Notes: generated from the letters alone by a model not told the origin. A stretch of DNA of 64,000 nucleotides from Azolla caroliniana (GCA_043228905.1 JBHGNT010000013.1:4216001-4280000), one strand, 5' to 3'; counted from the stretch's first letter, positions 1 through 13,514 are shown. Program-made: numbers and translations.

Positions 1-1864
1 GAGCGTGCAGACTTCGGGTCTGTTTCCCATATCAACAATGCTCACAAAAGTCCGTCTTTGCTTGGAGTTTAGGGTTGTAGCCAACCGCCATCAGCCAATC
101 AAGTCTGGCTTGATGCATATGGCCAAGTCTGCCATGCCATAGGTTTGGGTCGGTCTTTTCAGCTATGTTCAGGGCCCCTTCTTGATTGATCGCCATCATT
201 GGGTACAAGTTATTGTACTTCTGCCCGCCTCCTATATTTAGGTTTCCTCGGCTGATCATCCATACCGAGTCACTTACAGTCGTTTTGTACCTATCTTCGG
301 CTAGCATTCCAATGGAGACCAAACTCCTTTTCAGATTAGGTATGTGCCGAACTCGGTGGAGGGTGATCATGTTGCCATTGGGCAATCAGATGGGAACCTC
401 TCCGGTCCTTGTGATTCTGCACTCCTGCCTGTTTCCTAGTCAGACTTTGCCATTGGCATCAGTTGAATAGTTCGAAAACCATTCAATGTTGGGGGTCACG
501 TGGAATGTGGCACCGGAATCCAGTAGCCACGTGTGTGCATCCTGTGCAGTGTAGAGAACTTCTCCGAACATCGAGTCCTCTAAAGAAAGGATTTCTCCTA
601 ATCGAGTGTCAGCAACGTTGATTTGGTTTCCTACTGGAATGTGGTCTGAGTCGGGTTGTCCTCGATTTTGCTCGGATCGCCGACCTCTCTCTTTCCTCTT
701 GATCGACCAACAGTCGGAAACATTGTGGCCAACTTTTCTGAGGTGTGTGCAGAATTCGCCATATCGGCCCGTTCTCGTCTTCGACCGTTATCGGTTTGGT
801 CTCCCCTCGGTTTTGATCGGTTCTGTCGACTTGTTCTCTCGTTCGACTCTGTCGGTCGAACAACTCGGTCGAGTGATGGGCTTCTGTCGATTCATTGATG
901 GAAAGTCCCATCGATTTTCGCCGAATGTCCTTGGTGAGGACTCAGCCGATCGTTTCATCCAGATTTACGATCGGTCGGCTATTGGCGTATGTCGTGCAGA
1001 ATACCTCCTAACTCATCGGCAAGCTCGATAGGAGGGCAAGGGTTTTCACTTCTTCTTCGAAGTTGATCCCTTGTGAGGAGAGTTCTGATGACACCCGGTT
1101 GAAGGTGTTGATGTCAGAGGTAGTCGGATCGGTTTCTCCATCTTCATGTTGAACAGTTGTTTGATCAAGATCAGTTTTGAAGATGACGACTATTTCTCGT
1201 ACACGGCTTGTAGTTTCCACCATAATGAGAACGTTGTTGTCTCTTTTGCCATGCTGAAGTAGACATTTTCGGCTAGGTGCATTCAAATGCAGGAGCGTGT
1301 GATTTCGTCCATTGATCTCCACTCATCGGCTGACATTGAAATAGGCTTTTTGGAGTCTCAAATGTCCTCGCCCTGTCTTCGAAAAATCAATATGTCCTAC
1401 ATCATCTCCTTCCATAGGGCAAAGTTTTTGCCGTCAAATTTTCGAATCTCAACTCCTGTACCAAATGTTGATGCCATGATTCTTTCGAAAGTGAGATTTG
1501 CTAACCTGGTCTTCTTCTTTTTAGATTTTTCTGTTGTTTGTTGCCGTTGAGCTAGGGATCGCTCTGATACCAATTGAAAGACGGATATGCATGGAAATGT
1601 ATGTGACAACCTGTCAGTTATGCTCAGCAAACAACACAAAGGGAAGGCAAGAAGATATAGACAAATGATAGATACACACAGATAAAATTTCATGAAAGCT
1701 CTATTTATTTCTGTTCTCTCTCTCTCTTAGAGACTCGATGCACAAGATGATTAAGTGATCTCTTCTTTACCACGTTAGGTTATTGCTTATATACTAAGCC
1801 CTAACTATATGGAAGAGTTCACACTAGGATACAAAGTGGAAGGAGTCGGCCTTTTATGCCAACA
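1..1864 (-). mobile_element. Degenerate Ty1/copia 5' part: LTR 1575-1864, tRNA-iMet PBS 1561-1572, gag/protease/GAG-pre-integrase remnants running off the window start
   Basis: Minus strand reads TGTTGG...CA LTR, then TGGTATCAGAGC. ORFs give IRKFDGKNFALWK (copia gag start), WLLDSGATFH (protease, near 500-530) and LWHGRLGH...FCEHC. It is inserted at the EMDSLHEN motif of the neighbouring copia. Confidence 0.85.
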
Positions 1865-3320
1865 GTTCTCATGCAGGGAATCCATTTCCTCTTGCATGGC
1901 ACTGTACCACTTCGCCTTGTGTACATCAGTCATGGCTTCTTCATAGCATTTTGGTTCCCCTTCATCAGTCAAGAGAACATACCTTCCTTTGTCTTAGAGG
2001 ATATCTTCTTCCTTCAGCAACCGGCTCAAATTCGGTTTCTTCTACCAGCTAATCTTCTAACTCAGATTGATGTGCATTAGCCTGTTGTTGTGTGGCGACC
2101 GACTCAAATTTGGCTTCATCAACCGGCTGTTGTCTACAGACTGGTTGTGTCGAAGGGGGATCAACTAGTGCCGACTCCATAATAGTAGTCGATTGGGAAG
2201 AAGACACTGGTTTTTGATGTCTCAAGTCTTCAATCGTCTGGTCTTCCATGAATACAACGTCATGGCTCCTTACCACCTTCTTATCAAGAAGATCCCACAT
2301 CCTGTACCCGAACTCATCTTCCAAGTACCCTAAGAATATGCAAGGCATGAACTTGTTGCCCAACTTTGACCTCTGATCTTTCGCAACATGCATATAAGCT
2401 AAGCATCTGAACACCCTTAAATCTTGGTAAGACACATTCCTTCCTGTCCACACCCTCTGTGGGACATCCCCCTTCGAAGGCACTAAGGGAGACCTGTTTA
2501 TAAGGTAGACAACCGTCAACATTGCCTTAGCCCAATACGACTTCGACAATTTTGCATGCGACAACATGCTTCTTACCCTTTCCATTATGGTTCGATTCAT
2601 TCTCTCTCCTACACCATTCCGCTTAGGTGTCTTCGGTACCGTATACTTAAGTTTGATGCCTTGAGTCTTACAATGCAACTCAAATTGGCCTCTATACTCG
2701 CCATTATTGTCTGTTCGGACAACTTTTAACTTCTGTCCAAATTCTCTTTGTACCCTTCCATTAAACTCTTTAAAGACCGACAACACTTGATCTTTAGACA
2801 CCAACACAAAAGCCCACACCTTTCTGTTGAAGTCATTAATAAATGTAACGAAGTACTGTCCACCACAGTTTGATGGGGCATCCACATAACACACATCTGT
2901 GTGAACCAGTTCCAAGGCATGTTCTCTTCTCATCAGAGGCCTAGCATGAAAGGCAGCTCCATTCTACTTTGCGGCCAAGCAGTTCACACATTTTTCAAGG
3001 TGTATTCCTTTCAATTCTAGTAGGAGATCCTTTTCAGCAAGGATATATATTCCCCTTTCACTCATGTGGCCAAGCCTTTTATGCCACAACTCGCCATCTG
3101 AGTCAGCCACCACATTTGCTTCATCTCAGCACAATTTTGCATGCATTACATACAATGTGTTCTTCTTTTGAGCTCGAGCCACAATCAGGCTCCCTTTACA
3201 AAACTTCCATGCACCATTATGAAAGCCACCGATGTAGCCTTCATCATCTAGCCGATATAAGATTCAGTCTGACATCTGGAACATGGCATACATCCTTCAA
3301 CATTGACCTGCAACTAGTGC
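1865..3320 (-). mobile_element. Degenerate Ty1/copia fragment (GAG-pre-integrase, integrase core, start of RT region)
   Basis: ORF 2049-2933 has LELVHTDVC, RTDNNGEY, NGVGERMNRTIMERVRSML and CIFLGY. Closely similar to the copies at 19247 and 50265. Confidence 0.9.
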
Positions 3321-3879
3321 GCACGTACCATATACATATGTAGACATATTATTTACATACATCCAAATACCTAAACTTGCAATTATACTTTACTTGCATC
3401 CACACAATCGGGCATTCAAACATTCATACACAAGTACATACTTACAATTGAGCTCATGTGCACATACACTCTCACTCACAACAAAGACTCTTAAAAGTAT
3501 ATGTTAGGGGGGTCATGGTTTTGAAGGTTGGGCCCTTCCCATGGTTAACACCTTTCTCCTCAAGAGGCTTCATAAACGCATGTGCGTTTAATTCATAAAC
3601 GGATATACACACATGGATTTTTAATTATGAATTATGAATCTTCTGTTTTGCCTGAACATATGTTTAATCATCATCATCTGTAGCTTATATGACTTGTATC
3701 TAGATCATCAAAGGGAATAGATGAAGAATATCTATCTTTGATTTTGGGAGAAAGTTACATTCTGATTCCACGTTGGTTTTGGGAGATCGATCTGACTTTG
3801 TTGATTACATTTAAAAGATGAACACGACCAACATTTGATGGTATTGGGGCAAGCAGCCACAGAAAATTAATGTATAAGA

Positions 3880-4260
3880 CAAGGTGGGGGGGGGGGGGGA
3901 GGAATGGGGGGAGGATCTGAATTCGAGGGTCAATTGCAGTATATAAATTGAACATTATATTATATTAATCAAAGTCAAAGACAAAGTGGTAGGGAGGAGG
4001 GAGGGGGGGGGGGGGGGGGGGAATGGGGGGAGGATCTGAATTCGAGGGTCAATTGCAGTATATAAATTGAACATTATATTATATTAATCAAAGTCAAAGA
4101 CAAAGTGGTGAGCGAGGAGGGAGGGGGTGGTGAGGGAGGAGGGGGGGGGGGGGGGAAATCGGGGGGAAGGAATGTCAATTGCATTATATTAATTGGGTTG
4201 ATTTAGCACTATATATATCATTTGCATACATGAAGTTTTGAGGGGAGGATCTGAATTGGT
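3880..4260. repeat. Tandem duplication (about 126-bp unit) with long poly-G runs
   Basis: gaatggggggaggatctgaattcgagggtcaattgcagtatataaattgaacattatattatattaatcaaagtcaaagacaaagtggt occurs twice, plus a partial third copy. Confidence 0.8.
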
Positions 4261-4944
4261 GGTGCATTATATATCAAGAAGATGAATACTGTCGCTATTA
4301 TTTTTATTTTTATTGGGGGCCTTGTAGGCGTAAATTTTCTCATCTCACTGATAATGCTATGCTGTGGGTGCTGCTGCTTCGGCATCGCTGCAGCGGTAGA
4401 AGCGAATCAGAAAAGTCCGGTGTGAAGTAACTTATAAATCTCCATGTCCGCCCACATGTTATGCTTGATCTTGGACAATTAAAATGGTTTTAAGCCAACA
4501 TGGCGCAATTAACATGACCAACAAGGAATAATAATGCATGTAAACAAATGTATATATATTTATGCATGTGTAGTCTCTGATTGAAATTATAATGTGAAGA
4601 CAAAGGTTATGGTCAAGGTGTATGTAGCCTCTAACTTAATTCAGTTTGTGATGTGTCCCCTTCACTAGAAATTGTAGCAGGTTTTAGATGCATAAGGCAC
4701 TTATCATCAATCATGCTTACAAAACCATTGTAACATTCAACAATAATTATTGCCACATATTTTTCTACAATTATTGCCACATTTCCGACAAAATCATTAC
4801 ATTCCTCTAATTCTCATCCGCTTCTATTTGGCTTCATAATAAACGCAACAAAATTTGAGAAAGAGTTTTGTACACAACCCACAATTCAAACAGTCAAACT
4901 CGGTTTGTGGACACCTTTCATAGAAGATCATGATTGGTGAAGCT

Positions 4945-5094
4945 TGGTGATTATGTGTATGCAATTGATTAAGCACATATATATTGTGCATATGTGAGGT
5001 TTGTGAATTGACTGAGCACTATGTTGATTATGTGTATGCAATTGATTAAGCACATATATACTGTGCATATGTGAGGTTTGTGAATTGACTGAGC

Positions 5095-5132
<38 letters not shown>

Positions 5133-5154
5133 TGTATGTATGTATGTATGTATG

Positions 5155-5186
<32 letters not shown>

Positions 5187-5220
5187 TGTATGTATGTATG
5201 TATATGTATGTATGCATGCA
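4945..5220. repeat. 78-bp tandem duplication followed by a (TATG)n microsatellite
   Basis: tgattatgtgtatgcaattgattaagcacatat...gactgagca occurs twice; (tatg)n runs about 5103-5215. Confidence 0.9.
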
Positions 5221-5724
5221 TGCATAGATTGACCCATGCATGATAGTCGTGGTATTTGTCATCTACAATATTCGAGAATACAAAATGACCCCAAGAATAT
5301 TATAGAACCATTCGTTTATTTATTTATATTTAAAAAAAATTATTATCTATTTAACTATTCGAGTAAACATTAAGGGAATAATGAGCCCTTTTATTTATTT
5401 ATTTATTAAAAATACAACAAATAATTTTAAATCTATTATACAAATATTATTAGTGTGAGGTACCATTTTTTAAGTCAGATAAAAATAAAACAAATACTTT
5501 TAAGTTTTATATCTATTATAAAAGTGGGAGAGAGTAAAAAGTAAGGAATTAATGAACCTTTTATTTATTATTTATTTATTTATTAAAAATAAAACAAATA
5601 CTTTTAAGCTTTACATCTATTATAAAAATATTATTAGTCTAAGTCTCCTTTTTAATGTGAAGTAAAAAATATCCCCTTTTTTATTGTCAAAAAATCCTCT
5701 TTGTTACAACTTATAGTTATACGG

Positions 5725-6440
5725 GTTTTTTTTTCCAAAATGAAGCTACTTTCCCATTAGTTAGGAAGGATTATTACAAAGAGACTGTACAAGGAAGCTT
5801 AAACATAGATCGAGAAATCTCCCTCCGATCAAGTTCAAGGAAATGAGACTAGTTACGTCGCCTTTTGGACTAACTACTTAATGTAAGTACCTACAGCTAA
5901 AACGGTGCCCTTCAGTGATGGCTAGTACGAGACAACTCTTGGGGTCGACAACGAAGGGAGGGTGGTAAGTGAACTGGAAACAACCAGCGTGGGGGCTGGT
6001 AGTTCTGCGAAAAGCGCAAACGGGCAGTACCCACGTCAGTGGAATGGCTGCAAACCTCGTCCAATTCCCCTCGTAGGCAGCTAATAAGCGCAAACCATAT
6101 GTCCATGATCACTTACTCTGGGGGCCGCACCAGATCCTGGAAGACCTTTAGGCAATGCGCTTTCCATACATACCATAGGGTGAAGCCTACGATCAACATC
6201 CAAATGTCCGGGAACCTAGGGGATGCAGACTGCAAGCCTCTCTCAAATCGAATCTTGGCAATTTTGGCTCTCATGCATACGTAGCACCAACTATCTACAT
6301 TGAAGGCGTCCATCAACCTATCAACGAAGTGATCAAGCCATGCCGCAACACTCCATGATGTTGTTCCTTCCACTTCACATGCCGCAAGGAGGCGAGTCAC
6401 TTTATCCCATACCTTTTGAGCGTGAGGGCAATCCAATAGA
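5725..6440 (-). mobile_element. 5'-truncated L1-type LINE 3' end (zf-RVT region, short poly-A)
   Basis: ORF 6113-6436 has DCPHAQKVW...LWYVWKAHCLKVF, typical of the plant L1 ORF2 C-terminus. The T-run at about 5726-5733 is poly-A on the minus strand. Confidence 0.65.
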
Positions 6441-7446
6441 CAATGCCTTAGAGTCTATAACTTATATGATATATGATGTATCTAAGAAACTAAAAAGTAG
6501 GAACTTTATGAACTCTCTTTTTTTATTTTTTAAAACGAATATTTTTCCAAGCATTCAGGTGCATATTTGTATGCATTCGTTTGGTAACCTCCACGAATGC
6601 GAATATGTCCATTTATGTATGTATATATATATATAAGAGGCCTTCTTTTTTAGAGCCATTACTTCTAATCTTCTATTGCTCAATATTGATGTTGATGCAA
6701 GGACAAGTAGACGAGTTGTTGTTTTATTACACAGAAAATGGTACACAACACATAGAAAGAAGAACACAGAAAAAGGCACAAGAAAAAAATATTTTGACAG
6801 GCACACAAAAAACCCTCGTTTTATTAGTTTATATACCTAGTGTTAAATAGTGAGAATTACCTTTTTGGCCTTTCTCACTATTAGAGCTATATCCTAATGT
6901 AAGCTTGAGATAAGGATATAATAGATACAAAATAAGAAAGGAGAGAGAGAAAGAAGGATGTCGATCCACCCGACCAGCCCCGAGCGAAGGGATCAAGACG
7001 AACTCCAGCCTCGATCGACGTCCCATACCACCATTGTGGCGTCGAGTCATACCTAGTGTTGGCGCGCTCGCTGCAAGAGTTGACCCACCATGTCAGGGAT
7101 AGTACTAGAGGCAAGGAGAATTAGTACTAAAGGTAGAGGAGAAGAATGAGGATTAGTACTAAGAAGGGAAAGAGTGTGTGAGAACCACATGAGAGAGAGA
7201 GAGAGAGAGAGATAATGATGACAACAAGAAGTATATCATATTATAAGAAGAAAGATACAAGAACAACTAGGAGGCTTAAGACTGGCATTGAACCGATTTG
7301 GTTCTTGATAATGCCATGTGCCTCTTTTTATAGTAGCTTTAAGAATATTCTTGACATTTCTGGAATGTTCTAGAGAAATCTAGAATATACATGGATTTCC
7401 TAAATGAAATAATAAATGGAAATAATATTCTTTGTATTACAACTTA

Positions 7447-7504
7447 TAGCTTAATGGTAAGGCTTTCGCCCATGTGCCACAAGGTCATGGGTTCAAATCC
7501 TTTT
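7447..7504 (+). promoter_or_regulatory. tRNA-like Pol III A-box/B-box cassette in the chromovirus LTR (other copies 14149-14206 +, 53871-53928 -, 57293-57346 -)
   Basis: TAGCTTAATGG (A-box consensus) and GGTTCAAATCC (B-box consensus) at tRNA-like spacing. TTTT follows directly in three copies. Confidence 0.6.
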
Positions 7505-8798
7505 GAAACCATACCATTCTATATCATGCTATATCATGACACTTACCCCCCCTCCCCTTAAGACAACAAGTGCCACGAGTCGTCATAGATAGAGAACCTG
7601 GCTTGTTGGGATATCGTCGATGAAAGTCCTCAACAAGAGCTTGAGCATTTACCACATTCTCGACTGGTTCCCAAGTACGCTCACTTGGACTATAGCCTAG
7701 CCAATCGACCAAATGGTAGAGCTTGTTGCGGAAAATCTTGGAATCAAGGATGGCAGCTACTTCGTACCCTGGTCCTACCTCAAGCTCGATCGAGGGTGGA
7801 CGTGGTATAATACGATTCGGAATAGTGTTGTCGTGATACGGTTCGAGAAGAAAACTATGAAAAATCGGATGTATCCGTAGTTGCGAAAGTAGATCAAAAC
7901 GAAAAGCGACATCATTAATTTTTCTGATAATACGGGAAGGAGCTAATCACCGATAGTCCAATTTATCGCATGGTCGAGTAGTCTTGATGTGTCGTCGTAA
8001 TAGCCATACCTGATCTCCAATGTTAAAACTAGATGGAAGCCGATGATGATCCGCATAATCCTTTTGCGTTTGTTGAGCTTGTTGTAAATGAGTAGATAAG
8101 TCTACCTGTATCTTGCATAGCCGCTCCAAACGATCCTCTGCGCAAGGATTGATGGGTAACTCCGGAGTTTCGAATACACACTACCAAGGATGATATCCCA
8201 TATAAGCATAAAATGGTGTAACCCGAGTCGATGAGTGAACAAAGTTATTATACGCAAATTCTGCAAAGTGGAGAATATCCGCCCAGTCATCTTGTTGATA
8301 GTGTAGAAAACACCAAAGATATTGTTCCAACGTTTGATTCGTTCGTTCTACTTATCCGTCTATTTGCGGGTGATAGCCTGCAGAGAGTTCACATAGGGAC
8401 CTTGTGCATTTTGTAGAGATGCTTCCATAATTTCGAGACGAATTGGGGTCCACGGTCATTGATGATGTTATCAGGGAGGCCATGATGCCGACATACCTCT
8501 CGCATGACAGTTTCGTCAGTTTCTTCACTAATGATTTCCTTAGTAGAAGGCAGAAAATGTGCCATCTTTGTATATCAATCTACTACTATTGAGATCGCGT
8601 CGAATCCCTTTGAAACTGGAAGATCTATGATGAAATCTAGAGAAATGGATTGCCACAGCTTACTTGGAATTGGCAATGGTTCCAATAAACCATATGGATA
8701 ATGTCTTGGCATCTTTGCCCTGCGACATGTATCACATGTCCGAACATAGTCTTCGACAAATCGTTGCATATGAGGCCACCAAAATGATCGTTGAACTA

Positions 8799-10185
8799 TG
8801 TGAAGATTCGAACTCTTGACATGACCACGTTATAATCGAGTGTTATGTGTTAACCACACATCTAGCATATAATCATGTATATACTTCCTCATTGTAGGTT
8901 TTAGCTAGCATCATGTGCATAATTCCTCCCTTGTATTATTTATACTTGGCACATGTATGCGTACCTATTGCCTACATGCTCTATTGTATCACATGCATGC
9001 AACAGGTATGCATGCCACTTAGTATAAATAGTTGAGTTCACCTTGAAGGAATTCAAGGTGAACAGCGCCAGTCACGGACTTCCTATTCAACATTCATAGC
9101 CTTATTGATCATAGCCTCGTCATCCATGCTCCGTCTTAGTCCACGCTTGGTGTGTCCGTGACAGTTTGTTCACCTTCCAACTAGAAGCATCACCTATGTC
9201 CGTCATCGCCCTTGCTTCTAGAGTTACCATCATCACCGTACCATCATCAACATCGCTTCATTTCCTATCTTCCTCGCCATTTCTATCTCCTAGTTTCTTC
9301 TCATCATTTTCATTGGCTTTATATTTCTCCTCATCATTGTCTCTATTTTTTAGTTTCTTTCCCGTTCGTGTTCGTGTTCTAGTTGCCAGTGAGGGCTACA
9401 CAAGGTTGCTCACTCCCGTTGGTGTTCATGTTCCAGTTGCCGATGAGGGCTACACAAGGCCGCTCACTCCCGTTGGTGTTCGTGTTCTCTATGAGGACCG
9501 CACATGGTCACTCACACCTGTTTGTATTCGTATTCTAGCTCCTGGCAAGGACCACACATGGTCACTCATGCCCCTTGGTGTTCATGCTCCCCGTGAGGAC
9601 CGCACATGGTTGCTCACACATGTTGATATTTGTGTTCTAGTCCTAGGCAAGGATCACACATGGTCGCTCATGCCCGTTGGTGTTGAATACCTCGTCTTGT
9701 GGAAGGGTTACTCCTTGTCTAGGATTTACAAAATACTTTGGAGGTGATCTAAGATTTTCATCAACAATATCCCCTTAAGCCGACAAACTATTTGGGAAGG
9801 CATCGTTGGAGGGGGGATAATGTGAAGATTCGAACTCTTGACATGACCACGTTATAATCGAGTGTTATGTGTTAACCACACATCTAGCATATAATCATGT
9901 ATATACTTCCTCATTGTAGGTTTTAGCTAGCATCATGTGCATAATTCCTCCCTTGTATTATTTATACTTGGCACATGTATGCGTACCTATTGCCTACATG
10001 CTCTATTGTATCACATGCGTGCAACAGGTATGCATGCCACTTAGTATAAATAGTTGAGTTCACCTTGAAGGAATTCAAGGTGAACAGCGCCAGTCATGGA
10101 CTTCCTATTCAACATTCATAGCCTTATTGATCATAGCCTCGTCATCCATGCTCCGTCTTAGTCCGCGCTTGGTGTGTCCGTGACA
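8799..10185 (+). mobile_element. Non-autonomous miniature LTR element (TRIM-like); 365-bp LTRs 8799-9163 and 9821-10185; TSD AACTA
   Basis: Near-identical TG...CA repeats, AACTA at 8794-8798 and 10186-10190, PPT GGAGGGGGGATAA at 9808-9820. The 657-bp interior is non-coding. Inserted in the chromovirus integrase. Confidence 0.93.
9362..9690. repeat. Degenerate tandem repeats (about 40-55 bp) inside the TRIM interior
   Basis: Recurring gagg(a/g)c(c/t)acacatggtcactca...ccgttggtgttc units. Confidence 0.75.
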
Positions 10186-13100
10186 AACTAAACCCAATGT
10201 TTTAGTACTACCGAAATGCCCATATGTATATGTGTCATGACAATTTTGGACTACTCGAAGGCGACCAGAACCATTAGGAACATACAAGAGTTTCTTAAAG
10301 AATAGTAATCAATCATGACATTCGAAATGTCGATAGTTCGTACCAGGTTGTTGCGATTGCAAACAAGATGCCTGAGAGCGATCAATTTGTGTTAGAATTT
10401 CTTGAGCGAAAGCATCTATCTTCAAGTCCTCACGTACAGTATCTATAATGTGTGAATCCAATGGCATATCGAAAACCCGTGTTGCTTGAAGTCGTGTCGG
10501 TTGCAGGATTACTTGCTTTTGGTTATCGCAAGCTGGCACGCTAGGACGTGGTGCTAGATACGAGCGTCGTGATAATGCATCTGCCTTCCCTTGTTGCTTT
10601 CCCGAACGATATGTAATTTTGAAGTCGAAACGAGTGAGGGATTCGGCCCACCGAGCTTGACGTCAATTTAATACACGAGCATTCTGGAAGTAGGCAAGAT
10701 TTTTATGATCACTGAATACAGTGACTTGATGAGAAGATCCCTCTAGAAAATCCCTCCATTGCGTAAAAGAGTCCCCTATTGCTAATAGCTCCTTCTCATG
10801 AATTTCATAATTGATTTCGGCGGCATCAAACTTGTGCGAGTGGAAAGCCATAGGATGTAGCTTTTCATCATCACCTTGTTGTGACAAAATGCTACCCAAA
10901 GTGAAATTTGACGTGTCTGCCTCAATGATGAATGGTTTTTTCGGATCAACATGGGCTAGGATAGGAGCTAATGTAAATTCCTTCTTAAGACTCTCAAAAG
11001 CTATGTCTTCTTCTTTAGACCAAGCAAAGGACTGCCCCTTTTTGGTAAGTTGTGTGAGAGGCAGAATAAGCTTTGAGTAATCCTGTATAAACTTGCGGTA
11101 AAAATTGGCAAAGCGTAAAAAGCATTGCACATCTCGCAACGAAAGTGGATTCTACCACTCTACCATAGTTTTAACCTTAGCTGGATCCCTAGAGATGCCT
11201 TTCGAGGAGATGACATAACCCAGAAATTCCACGTGGTTGCATTCGAAACTACAGTTTTCCAATTTTGCATAAAGACCATGTTCTCAAAGCCGTTTTAGTA
11301 CTACTAGTACATGAGAATCATGCTCTTCTTGGGACTTCAAATAAACCGCTAGATCATCCAAATAGATGATCAAACAAACATCCAAGAGATCTCTGAATGT
11401 ATCATTTGCCATGTGTTGGATGACTGCTTGCACATTAGTGAGACCGAATGGCATGACCGTATACTCGAAGTGCCCATATCTAGTGCGAAACGCGGTCTTC
11501 CATTCATTTCCTAGTCAGATCTGTACAAGGTTATATGATCCTCGTAAGTCGATCTTTGTGAAGAACCTTGCACCATTGATCCGTTCTAAAAGACTTGAGA
11601 TAAGGGGGAGTGCATACCTATTCCTGATGGTGACCTTATTCAAGCCACGGTAATCTACGATGAGACAAAGTGATCCATCCTTTTTCTTGACAAAGAAAAC
11701 GGGTGCGCCAGCTAGAGATTTCGAATGTCGAATGAAACTGTTTTCCAAATTCTCCTCTATATAGGCTCGAAGGACTTCTTGCTCGGTTGGTGACAAGTTG
11801 TAGATCGGTCCCCATGGTGGCTCTTTTCCTAGTTGTAAATCAATGGGGCAATCATACGGTCGGTGGTGAGGAAGCATATTGTCTTATACCTTATCGAACA
11901 CATCGGCATAATGATGATACTTGTTTGGAAGTTGAACTGTGGATTCCTCTTTAGTGGTATTGGAAAGTTTTACTAATACCGCGAAGATGAACATTGCTTC
12001 CTTGCATCCTCCCTCACGCAATTGATGTAGCAAAATGGTTGCAATCCTATGAGTAGATCCTTGGGTTTGTCAATACCGAATTTCTCTTGTTCTGGGCTTC
12101 TAATTATATTAAATGATACTACACACACTAAATTATCTAGGACAATATTAACTGGCTCTGACTTTTCTATGATATTTCCAGAAGCAATGGGACGACCATC
12201 AATGACTACTATGGAGGCTGGACAAGGGAGTTTTCTTAGGGATATCTGATGAGCTTGGGCAAAATTCCTATCCATGAAGCAAGAATTAGCTCTGGAGTCT
12301 AGGAGTGCTAAAACATGTACTAGAGGGGTACTTTTAGTATGTACTATTACTTGAGCGAAGCACACATTGTTAACTTGCTTAGAGGGAATGGAACCACTAA
12401 TGGGCTACACCGATTTACGGTTGTCTAACCAAACGACTCTTATTTTGGCTGGACTTAGTCGTTTAACTCTTCTTCTAACTCACTAAGGACATCAAATTTG
12501 TTTGATAGACATGGGCTATTAGTACTATTAGGACTATCAGACACTCCTACTGAAATTGACTTGGGTTTAGTACAAGAAACTATTTGATTTACCTGTCTTA
12601 TTGGCCTATGTGGATAGTTTATTGTGATTTACCTGTCTTCTTGGCCTCCACAGTAAAGACATAATCGATTTACTCAGCGTCGTTGCTTTTCTTCTTCCGA
12701 TAATGGTCCACGATGACGTGTGGTGTTGATTTCCATCGGTGTTGGAGTATTTGCTAGATATGCATGATATGAATCCCTTGCAAATGGTTTTGCTACAACC
12801 GAGGCGTATGTGGGCTCCAACCTGGTCCTTGGCATTTGTAACTGGCGTTCTGAACATCGTTCGAAAAGTCGGTTATCGCATCGTACCGCTTGACTGATTG
12901 CCTCTGTGAGAAATTCTGGTTCTTCGGAGAAAGTCAGGAGAAATTCTTTGACATCATTTCGTACGTCGTATCGAAATTTCTCCATCAATGCTTGGTCAAC
13001 CCAAGGGATATCTGAAGCGAGTAGACGGAAATCTGCACCATAAGCAGAGGCTGGACAATCACCTTGATGTAATCGTCGGATTTTGTTGATTGTCGTCCTT

Positions 13101-13514
13101 ATGCTATCAATATCTCCAAAACAGGCTTTAAACTTGCTTATAAACTCTTCAAAACTATTTAGTTAGGGAGAACTTTTTTCCAAGAACAGAGCGAACCATG
13201 CCAAAGTTGAGCCGCTTAGTAACGTGCCTACTAGACCCACTCATGATGCATCAGTGGGATATCGGGAAGGATGCATTTGAATGACTGATCGTACCTGATT
13301 AAGGAATCCTCTGAACTGTGCGCATTCCATCAAATTTCATAGGAAGGCCGATCTTGGGCTCTTTATGAATCCCTTGAGTACTTGATCCTTGTTGTTGCAA
13401 TGCTACAATGCTTGCTTCAAGTTGTTGCACGCGTAATGTTAACTCCCCATGTTGTTGTTGCGCTTGTTGCTTTTCTAAAGAGATTTGTTGAAGATCCCCC
13501 AACAACTGTTGAAT

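Noticed and set aside
4969-5262. YIHT-repeat ORFs (and HKFSHHTY ORF at 38124)
   Set aside because: They are translations of microsatellite or minisatellite DNA.
5260-5720. Possible Helitron 5' ends (repeated aTCTATTATA)
   Set aside because: No matching 3' hairpin-CTRR terminus could be identified in this AT-rich, low-complexity region.
7441-7510. Functional tRNA gene
   Set aside because: No convincing acceptor stem or anticodon arm, so it is reported only as a tRNA-like promoter cassette.
9362-9690. Repeat units that superficially resemble a CRISPR array
   Set aside because: The units are degenerate with no unique spacers, there are no cas genes, and the context is a eukaryotic TRIM interior.
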